Notes: generated by a model from the letters alone, not told the origin. DNA of 63,126 bases, filler included, from Choristocarpus tenellus KU-1152 (GCA_964200185.2; 12 parts of 12 records of this genome joined end to end with filler, not necessarily neighbours in it), one strand, 5' to 3'. Positions 36,210 to 49,862 are shown, counted from the first letter of the whole stretch. A program made the numbers and translations.

Positions 36210-39200
36210 TAGGTAGCATAGAATTAGACGAGCCAAAATCTTGTGCAGCTAAAACATGAGGAAATCAGAATACCACCGCCATCACAACCTATCAAACAAG
36301 AAAGAGTCCGACCACTTCCAGCATTGATGCTCCGTTAGGGTGTCAAAAACGATCAGTCACAACTTATCCATCTGCATGTCTGCACCTATGATCATCATAA
36401 TAGTCCACAAAGATCTACTAGATATCACAATTCCAAGTGAAAAAAATTCTGTTGAAGATGTAGATGAGAGTTAACAGAACGCTGCCCGCGATTTTAAAGA
36501 ACACCGTACTTACAAGTTGGGATTCGACTGCATTGTCCCCACCTGTGCATTACCCCCCGGGCATGGCAAAACTCAAGCCCCTTCACCATCTGGAACAGGT
36601 ATGACTGGGATCAAGGGAGAGGGGTGCATCGGGGGTGCAAGCATCAGCAGGAGTAACTACCCAGAAAAATTGGATCACCTCACCACATATCGATCAGATA
36701 GATCATGAAGGCCGTTGATAGATAAGTTCCAAGTCTTTGGTTACCCGAATGGAATCAGCGTGGACTGGAAAATGGGATGGCGCGACAGAACTAGGGCTAT
36801 GGTTCAGCAAACACGCCTTCTGCAAGATACCAGCTTTCCTTGTGCATGGGGGTAGCAGGCATTTCGCAGCACATCACAGGGAGGGGCAACTTCGGGCGAG
36901 AGAGGGCAAAAGGACCAAGACACCAGAAAAAAATCTATCAGGATAGTGTCAGGCTCTTGCCACTAGTGCCACACTTTTGTCCAGTTGAAACCATGACTTC
37001 CTAGCATCAACAAGGACAAAGCGAGCAGCAGAACAAAACAGATGAGCATTCGGTGTTTACTTGAGTGCAACGGACAGGAGGCTATACTATAGACACAGTA
37101 CTCATCGAGACTCGCCACGGGCCTTACTTAAATCACACGTCAAGAGAAGCTTCTATCCAAGCAACCTTGCAGTCACACTTGCTGTGCAATGTCAACTGAA
37201 GCATCAACGTATCAAAACCCAATGGCTAGACCCGAGTCACACGCACGATCGCCTTCACCTCCTCCCTTTCTAATCCTGCCGTAGACTGTGTAACACCAAA
37301 CGAACCCTCGTCACATTCCAAAGATGATGCTGCCGATCGATCAGCTACGACGGAGACAGAGCCGGTCATTGGTAAAACTAGAACCTGAAACACGCCCTCC
37401 AAGTTGAAGCGTTCCATTCTTTGCACAACTCATACTTCAAAAGACACAGAGCTCAACACTGAAGGACCTGAACCAGGACCGATCAAGGAAATGGAGACTT
37501 ACGGCAGAACCTATTCCTCAAGACACACTCCACTCCCTATCAACAGCATTCAATCATTTCGAACATCGCTGAACCACTTGCAACCCCAAAACTCATGTCA
37601 ATGGCAGCAAGTGCAACCAAGAAGTTCCGCAGGCCACCGCTCACTTGCTAATCTTGCATACCCAACCCCCCATCACTCCCCCGCTCCCTTTCCCCTGTGC
37701 CCCTGGCCCTCACCTTCACGAGCATGGGGTCTAGCATGCCCTGCGTAGCCTCCATGTATTTCTTAAGGTCTCTATCCACAAATTCAAAGATCAGGTACAG
37801 CTTGCCCTCGCTCTGCACACAGTCCTGTCACATATTCCCACCACAAACATAAAAAAACGAGAGAGAGAGAGAGAGAGAGAGATAGTGCAGCAGCATCAAA
37901 GCAGGGCATGGGGTAGGTTATCGGGTGATGTTGTGCAGTGCATACATGCCAGCACTGTGTTTTTTAGAGCTCATGGGCACACGTGCCTTGTCCATGCGTC
38001 TCATTAGCTGGTTGAACACCTCCACATCCATTTTGGAGGGTTTGAAGTCCCCTAATGGGATCAATCTCTCATGCGCCATGATCAAAAAGACAACCCTGCA
38101 ACTCGGATTTGAGGGTCGCAACTTTGATTGAAATGGGTCATGTGCTAGACCTGACCTTCACCTGTTGTTCCGCTGTGCTTTGCCTGTCAAAGTGATACGC
38201 TTTGATTGGGGCTGTGACCCTCAAGGCGATCAGGCAAAGTACTGTAGAGTAACAGCTAGAGGTCTAGCATGCGCTGCAACACGAAGACGTCAGTTGACAA
38301 GTCACGGTTGAGACATTTCAATCACTTGGGAGGTGGAAAGGGCTATGTTACTGGACCTCAACCGCTGGGAACGCCTCTCTACATTTGTAGAAACCCATAC
38401 ACATAGTTTACATTCTGTCACGTGATGCAATCAACTCCACCGAGCTAACCATCTACATCGATACCAAAACCCAAGTTGAAAAACTAACCATAAACCTGTA
38501 AACTGTGAGTCTGTAAGCTTCAGAGTCACAAGGTGGAATTGCTTTCATGGTGTTTTCAGAGTCTATCAGCAATAAAATACTGGCATTGAAAAAAAAGCTG
38601 AAATGCATCACTCTGATACATCAAAACAGCAGTGGAGGACGGCAGACAAGGCACAAGCTTGCCAGCAGGCGGTTAAGGGTCAAAGTTTTCGTCACTTTGT
38701 CATCTCTGCTGCAAGAGATTCGTGTGGCATGATTGGTGTATTCATGAGGACAGTAAATCAGTGAAAGAAAAGCAATAAAATAGACACACAAAACAACAGA
38801 GCCGAACCAACTCTGCCAAGAAATAACAATACTCCCCTTCCATTCCCTGACAAAATGTGTCCAACAAAGTGTTCTTCAAGATCTAAGAACACACAAATGG
38901 ACAGAGACTAGGAAAATTGTGTCACATGTAAGACATCCAGCAAGATCTCCGTAGTGCACTCCTAATACATTGCGAGGCCGCACCTAAGTAGCTCAAGTCA
39001 TATTGTCACGCTGCGCTGCACTGCCACAATAAGGGGTCATTACACACACGAAACTTCAAGAAAGAGGCGACACCTTTAGTTCTACGATGTTTGGATGCTG
39101 GAGCTCTCTGAGGAGCGAAATCTCTCGCAGGGCAGTGCTTGGAATTCCCTCATCCTCCACCTCCAGTCGAATCCTCTGCAGATGCCGAGATGCAGCAAAA

Positions 39201-40003
39201 CGCGACACATAATGGAACGGAAACAAAAGGAGGGAGAGAGCCGCGGGGGGATAGGAGATGTAGGAGATGTAGGAGGGGAGGGGGAGAGGTAAAGGGCGTG
39301 TTAAGGGCATGTGAGAGGTATCGTACAAAGGATATGGGGGAAGGAGATCGTTTGGAGCAAGTGAGGTTGGGAAGTATCTTTGCAAACAACTAAAAGAACA
39401 GCCAGGACAGTGGGTCTGTGGAGATGCCTTGAGCACGAAATAAGGCATGGTCCAAACATTCCAAGCGCCTAGCCAGCTGCAGCTTGTGGCTATTAGAAAT
39501 GCTTCAAAACAGTGGTGTCGACTGGGCAATCGAGGCATTTGGTGTGTGACCGGTCTCGCTATAATTCCCTTTACACCATTTTCTGAGAGAGTTGAGATGT
39601 ACCATGCTACGTTGGGACTCGCCCCCCTTATTCTCTTATCCGACTTCAAGGACAAGGCACGGCCAACCATTCCCTCCATTCATGACGCTGTATCTCACGC
39701 ATGCACCAAGTAGACTATGATTCCACACTACTGGAACTGGGTACTGGTCTACCTACCACTCTCAGTGTTTCCCAACAGTGTTGTAACTTTGTTCCACAAA
39801 GCTCGCTCTTCTATTGTATCACGTAAGAACCACTCTACTCCCCATTTTTCTCCATGTTAAAACTAATCTTTTGTCAACAGGATCCTTACCTTGAGAGCTA
39901 CGATCTCCTGTGTTTGCTTGTCCTTGGCCTTATACACCACCCCATATGTACCTTCCCCCAAATTTCCGCCCCCGTTCTTTTCGATTTTCTGGTATCGATC
40001 CAT
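35940..40003 (-). CDS. CDKA2: PSTALRE-type cyclin-dependent kinase (stramenopile CDKA2-like), first five exons
   Basis: Exons 40003-39890 ([28 protein letters not shown]...VALK), 39175-39074 ([22 protein letters not shown]), 37824-37714 ([16 protein letters not shown]), 36604-36543 ([10 protein letters not shown]) and 36048-35940 (DLKPQNLL...[19 protein letters not shown]). All are in phase. Confidence 0.9.
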
Positions 40004-40400
40004 CGTTGGGAACTTTCTCCACCGCAATGGTGCTTATCGAAGAGAACCTGGCCCTTGGTCGAGCAATAAATCGTGAGCGCCTCCCACCAGTCCCTCCTGT
40101 TTGGACCTTATGATCTACTACGCCTTCTCGATCTCGTCCTAAATTTCAAATCATGTTATACCTTATTTTGTCAAGTATTGAAGGAAGGTTAGGAGATCAA
40201 AATTACTCTTCCTCTCATACACACAAAACGGTATGAATTCAAAACTCATACCGTATTTCTTTACAATCACTGCCAACAACACTCGTAGGGTTGGACATCA
40301 AGTTTGACTCTGCCGCGGTTCAACGCGGCACCTTTGTAGCCGTCCTTGCATCCCGTTCATGTGGTGGGGATTTAACAGACGGGGCGACGAGACCGGGTGT
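40004..40400. promoter_or_regulatory. Bidirectional promoter region between the CDK and ankyrin genes, with CHR-like and Myb/MSA-like motifs
   Basis: Divergent start codons are about 400 bp apart. TTTGAA lies on the CDK sense strand at 40145-40150 and 40238-40243. An inverted pair ACGGTATGA/TCATACCGT sits at 40228-40236 and 40246-40254. Confidence 0.55.
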
Positions 40401-43219
40401 ATGAGCAACGCCATTGCTGGGACAGAAGACACAGCTACCACGGACAACGCCAATTTGAGCAGACCGTCCAACAGCCTTCCTGGATTTTCGTCTGCCGCCG
40501 TCGCAACCTCGGTCACACCATCAGCCATCCCGGCCTCTACTGTCGAACCGAACCCGCCGCCGAAGAAAGATCCTCCCTCTGAGCCAGTGGCAGCTCCCCA
40601 ACCCAGCACCCAGGAGGTCCAACCAATTCGACTACCCAAGAAAGCGCACAAGCGTACCTCCACAACGCCAGCCCCAGCAGCGACTGCACGGAGGCAATCG
40701 TCCGGGTCCCCAGCCTCAAATATGTCATCCAAGGACCTGGGGATCGATGTGCATCGGGCGTCCGATAGGGGCAACTACAAAGAGGTCTGCAAGTACGTCG
40801 AGACGGGGGGAGATGTGAACGCTCGCGACAAGTCCATGGTGGGTGGGGATAGGATCCTGGCACGGTGGATTTGACTGCACCCTGCCCTCGCTCCCACTGC
40901 TGTTGATGTTCCAGTTATGGCCTCGGAAAACATCAGCAGACTTGAAGGGGGATACACTGATAATTATACAGTCCACAAGGGTATACTGCTCCGGACAACC
41001 ACTCTTGGATCCCACCTTGTTGGATTCTGAACAGATATCGGCAATGGTACGAGAATTAAATCTCCTAGAGCCCTCGTCCGCCCTCTCCGGGTACCGTTGC
41101 CATCACTTTGTTCGCCTCGTTTGCGAGACATGGATGCAAATCTTCCCTCCTCGCCGTTAGCAAGCTGTGCAACATTTGTGACAACCTTCAAGTTTACCAC
41201 ACGCCTTCCTTCAACCACGGTCGTCTACTCTGTCTCCATCGAACATAATGATTTTTTTCTAGTCCCACCTTTCTATTCAAGCCGATCCTTTTCAACGAAC
41301 TTTTGACTGAAGTGCATCAATGTCTCTCGTTCACCCATCAATCCAAATCCATCTCGTCATTGCCATCCAACCTGTTGGCCATTGCAAAAATGCACCCCGG
41401 AATCCCCAACACCCATCCTGTCAACCCCTTCCCCGCCCCCCTTCCCTCCTGGACCAGTGGACACCCCTGCACCGCTCTGCAAGGAAAGGACATGAGGATA
41501 TTTGTGCCTTCTTGCTACGGCATGGAGCTGATGTCAATCTGAAAACTATGGAACAGTGGACACCGTTGCACTGTGCTTGTGTGGGAGGACACCCTGCGGT
41601 AAGTTGTTTTGTGGAAGGGGGGGCAAGTGTTGACTAGACAATATGTGAAAGTCTATGATATGGGTGAGGTGGGGGGGCACTTTCCTCCTCAGCAAAGAAC
41701 TTGCTGTTTTGTTGGTTGGCTACAGACCTAAGGACATTTGCCATGTTTATGCATTGCATGTTTGATCAAATAAACTAGTATGTCTGAGAAAGAGTGCACT
41801 GGTTGTACAACCAAGAATGTAGAACCTCAGCCATCTATTGCCCCCCCATCCCCCACCCCCAAACTCACCTTCGAACCACCCGTCATTGCTCCCTTTTGGA
41901 ACCTGGTGTGAGAGCAGGTGGTGAAGGAGTTGCTCTGTGCTAACCCACCACCAGACCTCCAGGCAAAGACAAGGCTAGGCCAAACTTCTCTGTATCTTGC
42001 AGCGTACTGGGTAAGCAACAGCAATAGGGAAGGCATGCGCGTATGTGTATGTTGGGGTTGGTATGTTTGGCATTTGTATAGAGATATCGGGGTATGCATT
42101 TCTCTAGTAAGAAATATATCTCTCTGTAGACTCCAATGGAATCATTCAACTGTTTAGGAATTGGCCCCAACTCCCCATCTCTTCCAAGCAACTCTCAAAC
42201 CCCCCTCCTCTCAATGACCTGTTTGCTGCGCGTGCACGTCCTTTTCTAGTCCTTTCCTTGTGAACCTTTGCCCCCCCCCCCCCTCCTCCCCGTATCAACT
42301 TACAGTCTATTTTCCCTGCTAGGCCTAGATAACTTCAAATCACCCTACACTGCATACCCTTCATTCCCGTCTGGTTGTGTAACCGCCTTTTTTGTTTGCC
42401 TTTTCTTTTTCTTGTGTAGGGTCATGTGCAGTCGGTCAGAGAGATCCTGGCAGGCGGTGCGGATATTGACATCAAGGTTAGTCAGGAGGAACTTGGATGG
42501 GAAGGGATAGGAGGAGGAGGGGAGGAGAGGTGATGCATACAGTACTTGCGTTAGAGTCATTTTTGTTTTGTTCAGACTTTCTTTCCATTCTTTCTTGTGT
42601 CAGCCCTTTTTCAACTCTTGGTGCCTGGGGGAGGTGCAGTGGTTGTTGTGTGGGCATGAAAAGGTATGCCTTATACCTTAGTTTTGCATCCGAGAAGTAA
42701 GGCCTTATGATCTCATGGTATCATACCATTTGGCCTGGGTCTGTGTTGAAATAGGATGCTCTCTTCTTGAGGTGCTTTCTGGTGTGTAGTATCTTCAATT
42801 TGTGTTATTCGCGCCGGGGGAGGGGGACATAGCACATAGTACATAAATGTATTATTAAAAAAATCGATAAATGCACTGAACATACACGAATACCAACAGA
42901 GATACTGCAAGTTCCTTCACACACACTGACAAAGTACAACATGATTCCCCCGTGCTAGGTTTAAACAGCTACAACCTTCCGTATTTACTAGTGAGCCTGT
43001 GCCTCAAACCCTCAAACAAGAAGCACTCATCTCTATGCGTTTTAGCCACATCCCTTTTCCCTCGGCCTGTGTGTAGACCTTTCCTGACCTGCCTTGCCTG
43101 TCACATGTACCTCCCACCTGTGGACTTGTGAGGTAGGATGCACACGGCAGGGCTCCTGGCGAGGATTTCCACGAGACTGTAGCGGTGTCGCTTAAGGTGG
43201 CTGTTCTGGCCGCTCTGAA
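40401..43219 (+). CDS. Ankyrin-repeat protein with a Pro/Ser/Thr-rich N-terminus, at least 5 exons
   Basis: Exons 40401 (or 40359)-40838, 41458-41598, 41918-42010, 42420-42476 and 43137-43219. About 4 ankyrin repeats: GGDVNARDKSMWTPLH, GADVNLKTMEQWTPLH, GQTSLYLAAYWGH and GADIDIKDAHG. The 3' end is uncertain (stop at 43221-43223 or a GTAAGT donor). Confidence 0.88.
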
Positions 43220-43903
43220 GTAAGTGTTTCCTTGTCAAGAGGTAGAGACAGTTGAAATTATTGCACTGTGTATGTAAGAGTCTTACTGGAGGAGGCGTCT
43301 TCGTCTCCTTCCGGTTAGTATTGCATTTTGTGTTGTGTGTTGTGTATGTTGCGTGTCTGTTGCGTGTCTGTGTGTCTGTGTGTGCGGAATTCAAAATGGT
43401 GTGAAGGGAATGGATTTCTGACTCTTGTTGAATAGGTGTGAGCAGTCGTCAATGTGTGTGTGTGTGTGTGTGTTTGGTGATGAGAAAGTTCTGTAGTAGG
43501 GGCTGAGATTATATTGTTTTACTATGATACAGATGCTTGAGGGGGCGAGTAAATGGCGAAGCATTTTAAAAATATATATTCCTGGAGAGGGGATTCGCTC
43601 TCTGGGGCAGAACACACAACAGGGGAGGGGGAGGGGGACAGGAAGGAATTTGAGTTGCGTTTTCCTAACTGCCTTTTGAGTTCATTACGATAGGATGTGT
43701 TTGTTTGTATGTTGTTTTTTTGGAGGGGGGGGGGGGGGGGGTGTGTGGAGGAATTTTTTGGGGAAGGCCCCTGGGGCCGGGGTTTTAATGAGTAATTGGG
43801 GGTNNNNNNNNNNNNNNNNNNNNNNNNNNNNNNNNNNNNNNNNNNNNTTAATTAATTAANNNNNNNNNNNNNNNNNNNNNNNNNNNNNNNNNNNNNNNNN
43901 NNN

Positions 43904-43983
43904 CAAATCACACCAAAAAAGTGAAAATGGAAAAAAGGGTGAAAAATGGACGCCGACACCCCCCCCCCCAGATACTTTGATCC
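43904..43983. mobile_element. MITE family A right end at contig start
   Basis: AAATGGACGCCGACA-C tract-AGATACTTTGATCC. Confidence 0.8.
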
Positions 43984-45206
43984 AATGTCTGGACAACAAG
44001 CACATCAAAGCAAATCACCTCCAGCACTTGCTGGACAATGAGACTTCAACCAAACTGATTACATACACTTTTTTTTTCTTTCCTGCATTCAAAGAAATTT
44101 CCTCTCCACTATGAAAATCAAAGCAAAAAACAAAGTTTTTCTTAAAGTGCACCACTCTGTGGAATAGTATTTGAGCAAACGGAACCAAAATGTAGCTGTT
44201 AGTAAATGCTTCGAAGAATACTTCGTGGAATGGCAACAAAAGCCAAGATATACTCACCTTTCCAACAAGTACGAACCTCTCACAACACACACATTTAAAA
44301 AACAAATAAAAAACAAAACGAACAACAGAAAATGCACCCTGTTTTTTCCATCTTCAGACTGAAGCATAGAGAAATATGATAGAAGTGAGAAGCAAGAACA
44401 ATCATTTCAAAACTGAACCCTAAAATACAGTGGAGAAAGTCCAGAGCCTCCCAAACACACCACAGTCCCTGTACATAACACCACCAATTTTTCCGACTTG
44501 ATTATAAAGCACCGTAGTTTAATCAGCAGGACTGGCTTGCACTGTCCAAACAGGATACCCCTTTTCACCCAAGTATCATCCACTCCCCCTAGCCCATGAA
44601 ACAGTCTTTACGTAGCCAAAGAAAGTTCAGACACAACACCTGCACCACATAGGACAACACCAACCCAATGCCTATGATCTACGAATAGAGCTGAGAGATA
44701 CAAGTGTGACATCTCCCTCAAAAAGCAAATAACAAAGCAGTACCTTTTTTGTTTTTCCAAGACCGGAAAAAAAGAAAAAAAAATGAAATTAGCGCCTCAA
44801 ACGTACACGAATCACATCCAATCAACACCCCATGGGTTGAAAAAAGAAAGCATGAAGTTTAGCCATGCAATACAATTAAACATGAAAATCTCCCAACCAT
44901 GCTAAGAACCATTTATATATACATTGGGATCAACCCTCTACACAGGGGGAAAAAGTAAGCCCCCAAGTAAACCAGAAACCCTGTGAGCAAAGGAGCTGTC
45001 AGTCCCCTTGGGGCTGACACACATTCTGTCAAAAATGCGTGGCAAAAGGTTTCAAGGGTTGGACGAGAGGACAGTTATCACTCTTTAAAAAATCTGTAGT
45101 AATGCTCAGCTTCTTGATTTTGGGGTCTAAGAACAAAATAAAAAATCTCGAAGGAATATCTACACAAATAAACGCAAACAGGATAGCAAGAGAGCTTAGC
45201 GTGCAC

Positions 45207-46787
45207 CTTGCCCCCAACAAGGCAGAAGACCATCCCGCTGATGTAGAACTCCATCTGGTGACTGTTATAAAATGCTGTCAGGCTGCGCTTGGAGCTCTTC
45301 CCACCGGCTGTGCGGATAACAACAGGACTGGCCCGGGCTTCTGCTGGTTTCTTAGCCTGTTTTGGGAACACAAAAACCACCACGTTTGCACTGGTCATAA
45401 GAAAGAAGACAGGTACTCGACCTTTCTTGACCTACTGCTCCGTGAGTGGGGCATGGTGCCTCACCTACTGAGTGCCAAAATACGACATATTCATGGAATG
45501 TGGAGGAGGAGGATAGATTCTGACTTTGATGAGGGTACCTGTGGCATGGCAAAAAAGAGTAGGAGAGCAAAGACAAGGGCACGGCAAGCAAGAAAGACAC
45601 ACCTCCACTAGCCCATCCAATTTCTCCGGTGGTGTGAGGAGGACGAGTGAAAGGCCGACAACGACGCTCACGGTTGCCAGGATGCAATACTGAATGAATA
45701 AGGAACCAGTAAAGAAGGCGATCAGGGGGACGAGGGCCCCCGAGATACCGAACGCTACCGTGTTTGCTCCCAGCCACGGCCCGGCATCTCGCCCGTGCAC
45801 CTTGCGCGTCATGATCTGGCAACCAGTGTCGGTTATAGCTGTGCAAAGACCGAGGAAAAAGAAGCTCATGTGTAGCACAACTAGGGACGAAACGAACGGC
45901 ATCCCGAGCAGGCAAGCTGAGAGAGAGATAAGCACAACTGATATTATCGTATTGCCATAGAAGAGGCGGTAAAGCTTCGCAGATGAGACAGCACCAAGGA
46001 CTGCACCTACGCCACGGGAGATAAAGACGGAGCCAATCTGCACGGGACACAGGGGTAAGAGGGATATCAGCAGTAAATCAGACTCAAAACTTATCTTCTT
46101 GGACATAGTAGACTACTAGACCCTTGAGCTTGTTATTGAAACCATACCGCATACGCTAGACACGTCAGTCCTCATGATTGGGGCTTTTGTTTCAGCAATC
46201 AACGAGTACTACTCTACTGTTACAGTCAACTATAGTTAAGAAATGTTATTTCTTTGGAAGGAGAGATGTCCAACACTCCATGTAAGTGCGATTGCTCACT
46301 GAAGAGTTGAATCGACCTCCAGTCCTGTAACTACGATCATTTACAAGTCCCGTCACGCTTTGAAAGATATGAATAGAGTGGATTGAAAGTTATTGATGGG
46401 GATGGCAATAGGGTCCACGAGAAGCAGCCGAAAAATCAGTTTTCAATCATCCAATTTCTGAACACCACCGACTCTCACCTCAGTTGATGTTTTCCCACAG
46501 TTTTCAGCTAGGTCTGAAAGCGTTGACCCAAGCGCCACCAACACAATCCCACAAACTCCCATCGAAAGCATATACGCCGCTCCAATGGTATAGATGTACG
46601 ATGTCGAACTCTTAGGCGAGTTGTAGTCATCCACATGATCCAGAAGTCTCAAAGTTGACTCGTCCGTACCAGGAGGAGGTTCCTTAACGGAGTTGGATTC
46701 TGATTGAGGTGGAAAACCGTTGTCTCTGTCATCTGCATCAGGGACTTTCTGGTACGACCCGTAATTCCCTCGAGGCCCCGGTGCCAT
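45207..46787 (-). CDS. MFS transporter (MFSD4/fucose-permease-like), first three exons
   Basis: Exons 46787-46479, 46037-45603 and 45356-45207 are in phase. Seven hydrophobic helices, with ALGSTLSDLA, IGSVFISRGVGAVLG, AITDTGCQ and AFGISGALVP. Confidence 0.85.
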
Positions 46788-48392
46788 ACTTGCTAAGATC
46801 GAGTCTTATGTGTGTCCTTGCTTCCTACGTACTCTTAAGGCAATGAATGAACAAAGGTTGTCTGTTACTAATCCTTGGAATAACTGGTCCAACAAAATAG
46901 TCTCAACTTCCCTCAAAGGTTTCCAGACAACAAAGTCTGTGGGGGTCGATGAGGTAAGGACACACCTTACAATATGCCTTTCTGACTAACCCAGTTAGCT
47001 GAAGCTCCTATTAGTGATAGGATTTGGAGAGGTCAAAACCTTCAGGAGTTTGGGAAAGGCATTACGTGGGGAGTTGAGGTGGGTGATGGAGTGTTGAAAA
47101 TGGTTGTATTTTGTTGGTAAATGTATCTGTGGATTAATAAACCAATCAAAACTAGTGCACATCATCTACCAATTTTCGTTTCTCTATTTTGTTATTAGCC
47201 TAATAATATGTCTGGTTCTATAGATGTCTCCATACAAGAACACATACTCGTATATTACCACAACTATGATAATGTAACGATATACTATATATTATAGTGT
47301 GTATGTGTATAATAGGATAAAAAACGTGTACGACTTATTGGTTTTTCTGATCATCACGAAATTCTTGATTAAGGGAAATATTTCTATCATTTCTTTCCTT
47401 CTAAATTTCATTATTATACTACTGAATCAATCATAATAGAGAAAACGAGTTGGTGGGATGTTGGTATTTTCTGATCATCATGAACTTCTTCACAAAATAA
47501 CTGTATATCAATATATATAGGTTTTCTACATAATAATACTTCTAACCATGTCCAACAATTTTCCCATTCATTATCATGAATATGAATGAACAACTCCCAT
47601 CCAATCCGTTCTGCTGTTCTCAATAAAAAAGAATATTAGACTTCACAAGGGTTTCTTCTTGTAACTGATCCTATAACTAATAATAAGAATTATATCAATA
47701 TTGCTGTTTTGTTTAGGGAATGTTTGACTGTTGACATCATCTCCATCAGAAAGTTCGTGAGGTATACAATTCACTCATTTGTTTTAGTCACTTCTCTTAT
47801 TTCTTCCATCATAAAATTTTACTCAGAATCAATTCGGCAATTCAAGCAATTCACGAAATTTGCAAGATCTTCACCCAAATCCTTTGACTTATACAACAAT
47901 AATCATCACATGAAAACGATACAATCAATTGAAACTTCGATAAACGGACAAATCGACAGTTAGTTATGAAGGGATTCAAATATAATTCCCATTCATTCCT
48001 CACAACAATTGATGTATGAATATTCATTATAATACCCATCGATTAATTATTTTGCTTCTGAAACTCCAAATGTGTAATCATAATGTAATAACGCATTGTT
48101 GTGATTGGTCACTCGAAAGGTGACAACCTTCAACTTGTTGATTATTGGAACACCATTATAATTATATTATTATGCCCTCTGACATTTTGCAGATGTGTCA
48201 CGGGGGAAACCAATGAAAACTATATATATATGTCGTTATTAGCCNNNNNNNNNNNNNNNNNNNNNNNNNNNNNNNNNNNNNNNNNNNNTTAATTAATTAA
48301 NNNNNNNNNNNNNNNNNNNNNNNNNNNNNNNNNNNNNNNNNNNNCTTCCCCCCCCCCCCCCGCGCGCGAAAACAATTCCTATGTGCCCCCAG

Positions 48393-48567
48393 TCCATTGG
48401 AAGTGGGTGAGATGGAGGACTGTGGAGTGGGGGAAGACAACCTGGACATGCTGGAGGAGTTCTTCAGTCAGCCCCTTCCTGACTCACAGGATCACCTAGA
48501 GGAGGAGGAATGGAGAGAAGATGCTAGTGCATTTCTCCTTGGAGTTGCACAGGACCGAAGGGAGTGA
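48393..48567 (+). CDS. Putative acidic terminal exon of an unknown gene, followed by long UTR-like sequence
   Basis: After a CAG the frame reads PLEVGEMEDCGVGEDNLDMLEEFFSQPLPDSQDHLEEEEWREDASAFLLGVAQDRRE*. Confidence 0.45.
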
Positions 48568-49827
48568 AAAGTGACAACGCCTCCATGAACCTTTTCTCCC
48601 CTTCCCCCCCCTATCTTTGATTATTGTATCCAAATTCACTATACCCTTTTCATGTCAATAGTGTACTGCTGAGAACGTGTTGCTTTGTGTGTGTGTGTGT
48701 GTGTAGGAGACTTCCCATTCTGTGTTTGTTTGGCTTCCTTGTTTTGCAATTCTCACAACGCATTGGTTGTTGTTGTTTTAGGCCTTCCGCTCGAGTGGTG
48801 TTGGTAGTTTGCGGATAGAGTAGGCGTTTTAGTCTGTACTATTGCACCGAGTTTGTTTGTTCTTCCTCCTGCCTTGTGGGGTAAGTGTGCGGGCGGGGCA
48901 GGCAGGGGGGTATTTAGGAGATAATGCAACGAACCTAATTTTTGTTTTCTTTTTATTGTGTGTGTGGGGAAGGTAGACACCCCATCCCTTCGATGGCCTT
49001 CCATATTACTAGTTCTCTATACCTCACTGTGTAGTACAGTACAGTGCATACATACAGGCACAGACCAGTAGATGTTGTGGCTCCTTGGAATCCCCCTTAC
49101 ATCCTAGTTGTACAATCAATCCTGAGAGGAACAAGAAACAACCTTTGACCGCGATGGGGCTCCGGGTGTGTGACTCATCCAGACACGGATGGATGGGATT
49201 GGGGTTGAAGAAGAATGGGGTGGGGGGGTGAGTCAGGGCATCTTGCCGGTGTTGGAGGGATGGTGGGTGGGGATTACCTGTGCGGTTTATGAGGGACGGA
49301 ACATGCTATTCATAGAATGGAGAGGAGGACATGTGCTCTTATTGTTTTAGCTTGGTGTCTGTAATGGATTTTGTGCGGGGGTTTTTTTGTGCATCTCATG
49401 TTGTATGAGCTTTCACAGGGGTTTTTTATGGTTTGTGCTGTATGGTTGAGGTGGTTGTGTTGTCCAGGAAAAAGAGCATTTTTATTATTATTTACCGTAT
49501 GGTGGTATTTGATACTCTGCCGTTAACCTTCAAATTTAAAAAAAAAAATCCTGAACAGTGTGGTGTACGAGTATGATATTTTTTTTCTCTTTTTGTACCT
49601 TTTTTCTGTTAATGATTGGAAACGCATTTTTATTTTACTCTTGGGTGTTTGTGGCAACAGTCACAGCACAAAATAAAATTAATAAATGTTGTGTTGTGAT
49701 TTGTCGTGGCTTAAGGTGTTGATCCTTGGAAAATAGTGTGGTGGTTGTATCGACGAGCTGAAGCAGTGACTCAAGACTCTGAACCACACTTTGGGACAGG
49801 TTTGCAGTTTGTTCAGGTCAAGCTGAT

Positions 49828-49862
<35 letters not shown>

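Noticed and set aside
45039-46050. Long ORFs 45039-45611 (+) and 45352-46050 (-)
   Set aside because: They are antisense or alternate-frame shadows of the MFS exons.
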